Positions 59,515-64,000 of a stretch of 64,000 nt of DNA are shown in pieces. The notes beneath the pieces are model-generated. The model searched no databases. It was not told the DNA's origin and saw nothing but the letters and a program-made list of their open reading frames with translations. The stretch is from an uncultured Gammaproteobacteria bacterium (GTDB taxonomy: Bacteria; Patescibacteriota; Microgenomatia; JALYQM01), in assembly GCA_964403585.1 (NCBI GenBank), contig CAYOFQ010000001.1, positions 960,826-1,024,825 on the forward strand. The letters run 5' to 3'. The position numbers and the translations under genes were made by a program. Position 1 is the stretch's first letter, and each line of letters begins with the position of its first letter.

Positions 59515-59814
59515 TTAGATGGAGTCAATGCGAACTTGTTTGAGGCTTTGACGATGTCCGGTAGCCCGGTGATAATTGGATTTAGCCTTAAACTTGGCAA
59601 CCCGAATCTTAGGCCCTTTGACATCTCCTAATACAGTAGCTTTAACCACTGCATCTTTAACGAACGGAGCGCCAAACTTAACTGAATCTCCACCAACCAC
59701 CAATACCTGGTCAAAATTGAGGGTGGATTCGGTTGTTGCTGCATCCACAGCAATCACATCGCCTTCAAATACTTTATACTGTTTACCGTTAAATTGAACT
59801 ATTGCGTATTTCAT
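59515..59814 (-). CDS. rplU: 50S ribosomal protein L21
   Basis: The start is MKYAIVQFNGKQYKV. Confidence 0.92.
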   Translation of the reverse strand: MKYAIVQFNGKQYKVFEGDVIAVDAATTESTLNFDQVLVVGGDSVKFGAPFVKDAVVKATVLGDVKGPKIRVAKFKAKSNYHRATGHRQSLKQVRIDSI

Positions 59815-59870
59815 ACCGTCAAATTGTACCTGATCAGGCTATTATCGTCAACGATCAGTTTAAAACATGT

Positions 59871-60977
59871 TTAAACTTTAGAAGCTGGAATACTTTCCCC
59901 TGTCACCTTATCCCCCGTCCTGCTAAACGACTCCACCAGTCCCAGACATACCAAAAACGAAATCAATGAGCTACCGCCATACGAAAAGAACGGCAATGTA
60001 ATACCGGTTACCGGTACAATTCCCATATTCATCCCCATATTAATGAATATTTGGAAGAAAAGCAGCGCAGCCACCCCTATACACACAAAGACCGCAAAGC
60101 GGCTTTTTAGCATATCGGCCAAATGGAATATACGCCACAATAACGCCGAATAGAGCACTAGTAGAACCAGAACACCGACAAACCCGAATTCTTCCGAGAA
60201 AGTAGCAAAGGCGAAATCGGTGTACTGTTCCGGCAGGAAGTTATTATGCGACTGAGTTCCCCGTCCAAATCCCTTTCCCATAAACCCTCCACTACCGACA
60301 GTAATAATCGCTTGCAAAACATTATATCCGGTGCCGAGCGGGTCACGCTCAGGCTCTATAAAAGTCAGTACCCGGTTCCGCTGATAATCATGCAACGAAT
60401 TCCAAACCGGCGGACCGGCAATAACAATAATCAGCACCAGAGTCAACAATCCCAACGCAATCGTCTTTTTTGGGATATCCGATAAATATAAAAATACACC
60501 CCATACAACTATAAACATCATTGCCGTTCCTAAGTCAGGCTGTTTATACACCAGCATAAAGTAAACCGTTGTGACGGCTAAACTAATACCAAACAGCTTA
60601 AAGTTCATCGCGCGATATTCGGCAAAAAGTTTGGCCAGGTACAAAATCAAAACCGGTTTGGCAAATTCGGAAGGCTGCAAACGGATCGGCCCAATCGGTA
60701 ACCACCTGTTCGCACCATGACTAATCTCTCCAATGGCAAAAACAGCCAGAAGAAGCACTAAAACTCCAGCGTAAGCGTACAGCGCGTACCCCCGGTACAT
60801 GAGTGGGTGCCCAAGACTCAGAACAAAAAATAATACCAACCCGATTAAGGCATTTACCGCCTGCGCGCGTGCCAAATCTGGCTGAAAAGATGATAAAACA
60901 AAAAATGACAGGAAAACGAGTATGAGCGCCGGTATGAGCAAATAATAATCTATCGACAGAAGAAACTTCTTTACCAT
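59871..60977 (-). CDS. ftsW: SEDS-family peptidoglycan glycosyltransferase FtsW/RodA
   Basis: It is a 10-TM protein with SEDS conserved loops. It sits immediately downstream of ftsZ. Confidence 0.8.
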   Translation of the reverse strand: MVKKFLLSIDYYLLIPALILVFLSFFVLSSFQPDLARAQAVNALIGLVLFFVLSLGHPLMYRGYALYAYAGVLVLLLAVFAIGEISHGANRWLPIGPIRLQPSEFAKPVLILYLAKLFAEYRAMNFKLFGISLAVTTVYFMLVYKQPDLGTAMMFIVVWGVFLYLSDIPKKTIALGLLTLVLIIVIAGPPVWNSLHDYQRNRVLTFIEPERDPLGTGYNVLQAIITVGSGGFMGKGFGRGTQSHNNFLPEQYTDFAFATFSEEFGFVGVLVLLVLYSALLWRIFHLADMLKSRFAVFVCIGVAALLFFQIFINMGMNMGIVPVTGITLPFFSYGGSSLISFLVCLGLVESFSRTGDKVTGESIPASKV

Positions 60978-60978
60978 G

Positions 60979-62217
60979 TTAGGAGGATTTTCTTAAGAAC
61001 GTCGGAATATCGATATCATCATCCTGCATCTGCTGATACGATGGCTGCACCGGAGTATGTTGCACCGGTGGCCGATTATCCTGAACCGGTTTCTGGTATG
61101 GAATTCCCGACTGATATGAGGAAGGATGAGTTGATGATGCGGGCGCACTGCCAAAAGTTTGCGGTGAGTACGGATTGGCTTCACGCTGCGGCTGTGGAGA
61201 AAAATCCATGTATCCGACCGGCTTTTTCAATCTGTTTGAGACCATTTCCGAGAACCGTTTCTTCTCTTCATCGAAACCGGTAGCGACAACGGTAATACGG
61301 ATTTGATCGGTCATCTTCTCATCAATCGAAGCACCAAAAATAATGTTGGCATCAGAATCTGCAGTTTGTGAAATAATCTTAGCTGCTTCATCAACTTCGA
61401 GCATGGACATGTCCGGTCCACCAACGATATTAAACAGAATTCCCTTAGCGCCCTCAATAGAAAGTTCCAGAAGCGGCGAAGAAATTGCCGATTTCGCAGC
61501 TGCGACGGCTCTATTCTCACCCTTTCCGTTTCCGATACCCATTAACGCCGAACCGGCATTTGTCATAATTGTTCGAACATCGGCAAAGTCAACGTTAATT
61601 AATCCTGGCATTGTAATTAAATCTGAAATTCCCTGCACACCCTGCCCTAATACCGAGTCAACAATCTTAAACGCTTCAAGAATTGAGGTGTCACGTCCAA
61701 CGACATCCAGTATTCGCTGGTTTGGAATAACAATCAACGCATCAACTTTGTCTTTGAGTTGCTCAATTGCCTCTTCAGCAATCGACATACGACGTTGACC
61801 TTCAAACATAAACGGCTTCGTAACAACGGCTACCGTTAAACACCCAATCTCCTTTGCCAATCCGGCAATGATTGGCGCAGAACCGCTTCCGGTACCGCCA
61901 CCCATACCTGCGGTAATAAACACCATATCCGAATCAGTCAACGTCTTTTTGATTTCATCGGCCGACTCTTCAGCGGCTTGCCTTCCCTTTTCGGGATTTG
62001 CACCGGCACCTAAACCACGCGTCACTTCATTGCCGATTTGAATTTTTTGTTCAGCCGGATTTTTCAATAAAGCCTGTGCATCGGTATTTACCGCAACGAA
62101 TTCAACTCCCTGAATTTGTTGCAGCTGAATCATAGATGCGAGAGCATTACACCCTCCGCCACCAGCACCGATAACTTTTATCTTAGCGAAACGATGTACA
62201 TCAGGTTTTATAAACAT
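60979..62217 (-). CDS. ftsZ: Cell division GTPase FtsZ with a long Gln/Pro-rich C-terminal linker
   Basis: It has the tubulin signature GGGTGSG and a T7 loop. Confidence 0.93.
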   Translation of the reverse strand: MFIKPDVHRFAKIKVIGAGGGGCNALASMIQLQQIQGVEFVAVNTDAQALLKNPAEQKIQIGNEVTRGLGAGANPEKGRQAAEESADEIKKTLTDSDMVFITAGMGGGTGSGSAPIIAGLAKEIGCLTVAVVTKPFMFEGQRRMSIAEEAIEQLKDKVDALIVIPNQRILDVVGRDTSILEAFKIVDSVLGQGVQGISDLITMPGLINVDFADVRTIMTNAGSALMGIGNGKGENRAVAAAKSAISSPLLELSIEGAKGILFNIVGGPDMSMLEVDEAAKIISQTADSDANIIFGASIDEKMTDQIRITVVATGFDEEKKRFSEMVSNRLKKPVGYMDFSPQPQREANPYSPQTFGSAPASSTHPSSYQSGIPYQKPVQDNRPPVQHTPVQPSYQQMQDDDIDIPTFLRKSS

Positions 62218-62342
62218 AAGGGAAAATTTTTCCTGGAAAAATTAATAGAATTACTGCATACAAACTATTAGATTACGTAATGGGAGAATAACATAGGACA
62301 TGATTTAATACAAGGTTACACAATTAGCTTTTATCAAAACAT

Positions 62343-63665
62343 CTACGGCAAAAATCCTTTGATCCACTTCATTACCTGACCAAAAACTCCCTCGCTTCCC
62401 TCTTTCAGTACACCGATACCCGGAACGGAAAATCCATGGTGTGATTCCGAAACAACGTCCTCTTCCTCAGCACCGTAAAGGAGCAGACCGGCAGCAGTTG
62501 CATAAGCCGGGCTTTGGATTTCATCAATCAAACCGGTTACCCGGGTTGGATTGCCGATACGGGTTGGCAATCCCATTACCTTACGGCAAACATCAACCAA
62601 TCCAACAGTCTGGGCACCACCCCCACAGACGACTACTCCGGCAGGAATAGCATGATGAAATCCCGATTTCTTAAATTCCATAGCAACATGTGAGAAGATT
62701 TCTTCCAATCGTGGTCGAATAATTCCATCCAACAATAACTTGCGCGAAACAGTTTGTAACTCTTCACCAAGGTTAAATGGTCGCAAATCAATCTCATCTA
62801 ACTTCTTGCGCTCCTCTCGGTCAAATGGTTTATGACCAACCACATTACCTGAAGGTTCAACCAGTAACCGCGGCTCTTTTGAAAGTAATAACTTAATCTG
62901 TTCAGCCGCATCCAGCGACACACGAAGGCCAATCGCAATATCATTGGTAATATTTTTTGCGCCAACCGGCAAAACCGCCGAATGAGCAAGTGAGCCGTCA
63001 ACATACATACAAATGTCGGTAATGCCACCACCGATATCAATAACCGCTACCCCCAATTCCTTCTCAGTATCGGTGAGTACGGAATTTGCGGAAGCCAGTC
63101 CATTAAAAACAAAAGATTCAACATCCAACCGCATATCATTTATACACTTGGTAAGATTTTTAATTGAAATGGTCGCACCATGGATAATGTGAGTATCAAC
63201 CTCTAAGCGAATACCTGCCATACCTACCGGATCTTTAATACCGTCCTGGCCGTCAACTATAAACATCCGCGGGACTACATGAATTATTTCGCGTGACGAA
63301 GGTAGCGTAATAGCTTTAGCCGCATCACTGACACGGGAAACATCTTCCGAAGTTATTTCCGCTTCCGGATGTGCAATCGCAACTACGGCATGAGAGTTTT
63401 GGGAAAGAATATGTGAACCGCCAACAGAAACATACGCCGAAGATAAGGTGTAACCTGCCATACGCTGTGCGGCTTCCAAACCTTCTACAATGGCCGAAGA
63501 AGCAGCCACAATATCTACAACTTGCCCCTTACGAATTCCTCTACTGGGAGATGTAGAAACACCTAAAATATTAACGGAATGATCTTCTTCATTAACCTGT
63601 CCGATTATAGTACAAACTTTTGAAGAACCGATATCAATTCCTGCAATTACGCGTGCGTCAGCCAT
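62343..63665 (-). CDS. ftsA: Cell division protein FtsA
   Basis: The actin-like fold starts at MADARVIAGIDIGSSK. The preferred start is at 63665. Confidence 0.88.
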   Translation of the reverse strand: MADARVIAGIDIGSSKVCTIIGQVNEEDHSVNILGVSTSPSRGIRKGQVVDIVAASSAIVEGLEAAQRMAGYTLSSAYVSVGGSHILSQNSHAVVAIAHPEAEITSEDVSRVSDAAKAITLPSSREIIHVVPRMFIVDGQDGIKDPVGMAGIRLEVDTHIIHGATISIKNLTKCINDMRLDVESFVFNGLASANSVLTDTEKELGVAVIDIGGGITDICMYVDGSLAHSAVLPVGAKNITNDIAIGLRVSLDAAEQIKLLLSKEPRLLVEPSGNVVGHKPFDREERKKLDEIDLRPFNLGEELQTVSRKLLLDGIIRPRLEEIFSHVAMEFKKSGFHHAIPAGVVVCGGGAQTVGLVDVCRKVMGLPTRIGNPTRVTGLIDEIQSPAYATAAGLLLYGAEEEDVVSESHHGFSVPGIGVLKEGSEGVFGQVMKWIKGFLP

Positions 63666-63722
63666 ATTGAATACTATAAAACTAATTGAGCTCCAAAACA
63701 AGAGCAGATGAAACCGAGCTGC

Positions 63723-64000
63723 CTACTGTTTAAAAGTGATTACGGGATTCCCGAATCGCAAATCAATTACTCGAATCTTCTTCTTATCTATTGTAGACAT
63801 TCTTAAAATAGCTTGTAAAGATCCCAACTGAACGGACAAATCATCATGAAGTGTTACATAAATTTCCTCAGCGAACGGAGCGGCGAACTTAACCGTACCG
63901 TCCGCAGTCATGTCCGGAATAGCATCAGTATCATACTCGGATTTAATATATTTTTGTAATTGCAATAACGTTTCTAACTCCTTCTCGAGTAGATGCAATG
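63723..64000 (-). CDS. ftsQ: Probable FtsQ/DivIB. Only the C-terminal part lies in the window.
   Basis: This ORF fragment lies upstream of ftsA in the conserved ftsQAZ order. The family assignment is by position only. Confidence 0.4.
   Translation of the reverse strand, partial: LHLLEKELETLLQLQKYIKSEYDTDAIPDMTADGTVKFAAPFAEEIYVTLHDDLSVQLGSLQAILRMSTIDKKKIRVIDLRFGNPVITFKQ

Overview
This 64 kb window reads as chromosomal DNA of a small-genome, low-GC (about 40-45%) bacterium. The gene content suggests a CPR/Patescibacteria-type organism, possibly Saccharibacteria-like. That taxonomic call is inference, made without database access. Most of the window is conserved housekeeping. On the minus strand are gyrA and gyrB, trmD, a KH-domain protein, rpsP, rnc, nusB, rpmF and recG. 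Also there are tyrS, pheS and pheT, rplT, rpmI, infC and thrS, then rseP, frr, a short-form tsf and rpsB. Further along are lspA, lgt, dnaB, parB, rpmA, rplU and the ftsQ, ftsA, ftsZ, ftsW cell division genes. A class A PBP, lepB and a PHP-domain protein lie on the plus strand, with tRNA-Val(GAC) on the minus strand and tRNA-Leu(CAA) on the plus strand. The dominant accessory feature is a complete, co-linear type IV pilus locus on the plus strand from 6061 to 19907. It runs pilB, pilT, pilC, a major pilin followed by a strong terminator, pilD, five further prepilin-like genes, a PilX-like minor pilin, a 479 aa secreted Ig-domain protein, then pilM, pilN and pilO. Two compact islands of 57-70% GC (about 28650-29330 and 41800-42400) each encode a small secreted cysteine-containing protein. 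Each is driven by an AT-rich sigma70-like promoter through a structured leader of about 240 nt, which suggests acquisition from a high-GC donor. Other points of interest are a two-copy repeat family (47862-48019 and 56681-56837) whose terminal stems keep base pairing through compensatory changes; a T-box-like leader upstream of thrS; and an infC that appears to start at an ATA codon. There is also a membrane-anchored Clp-like AAA+ protein with a degenerate first ATPase domain; a leader module of about 65 nt shared by parB and rpmA; and several operator-like palindromes and direct repeats. All calls rest on reading the supplied translations and sequence by eye. No database searches or folding computations were run.
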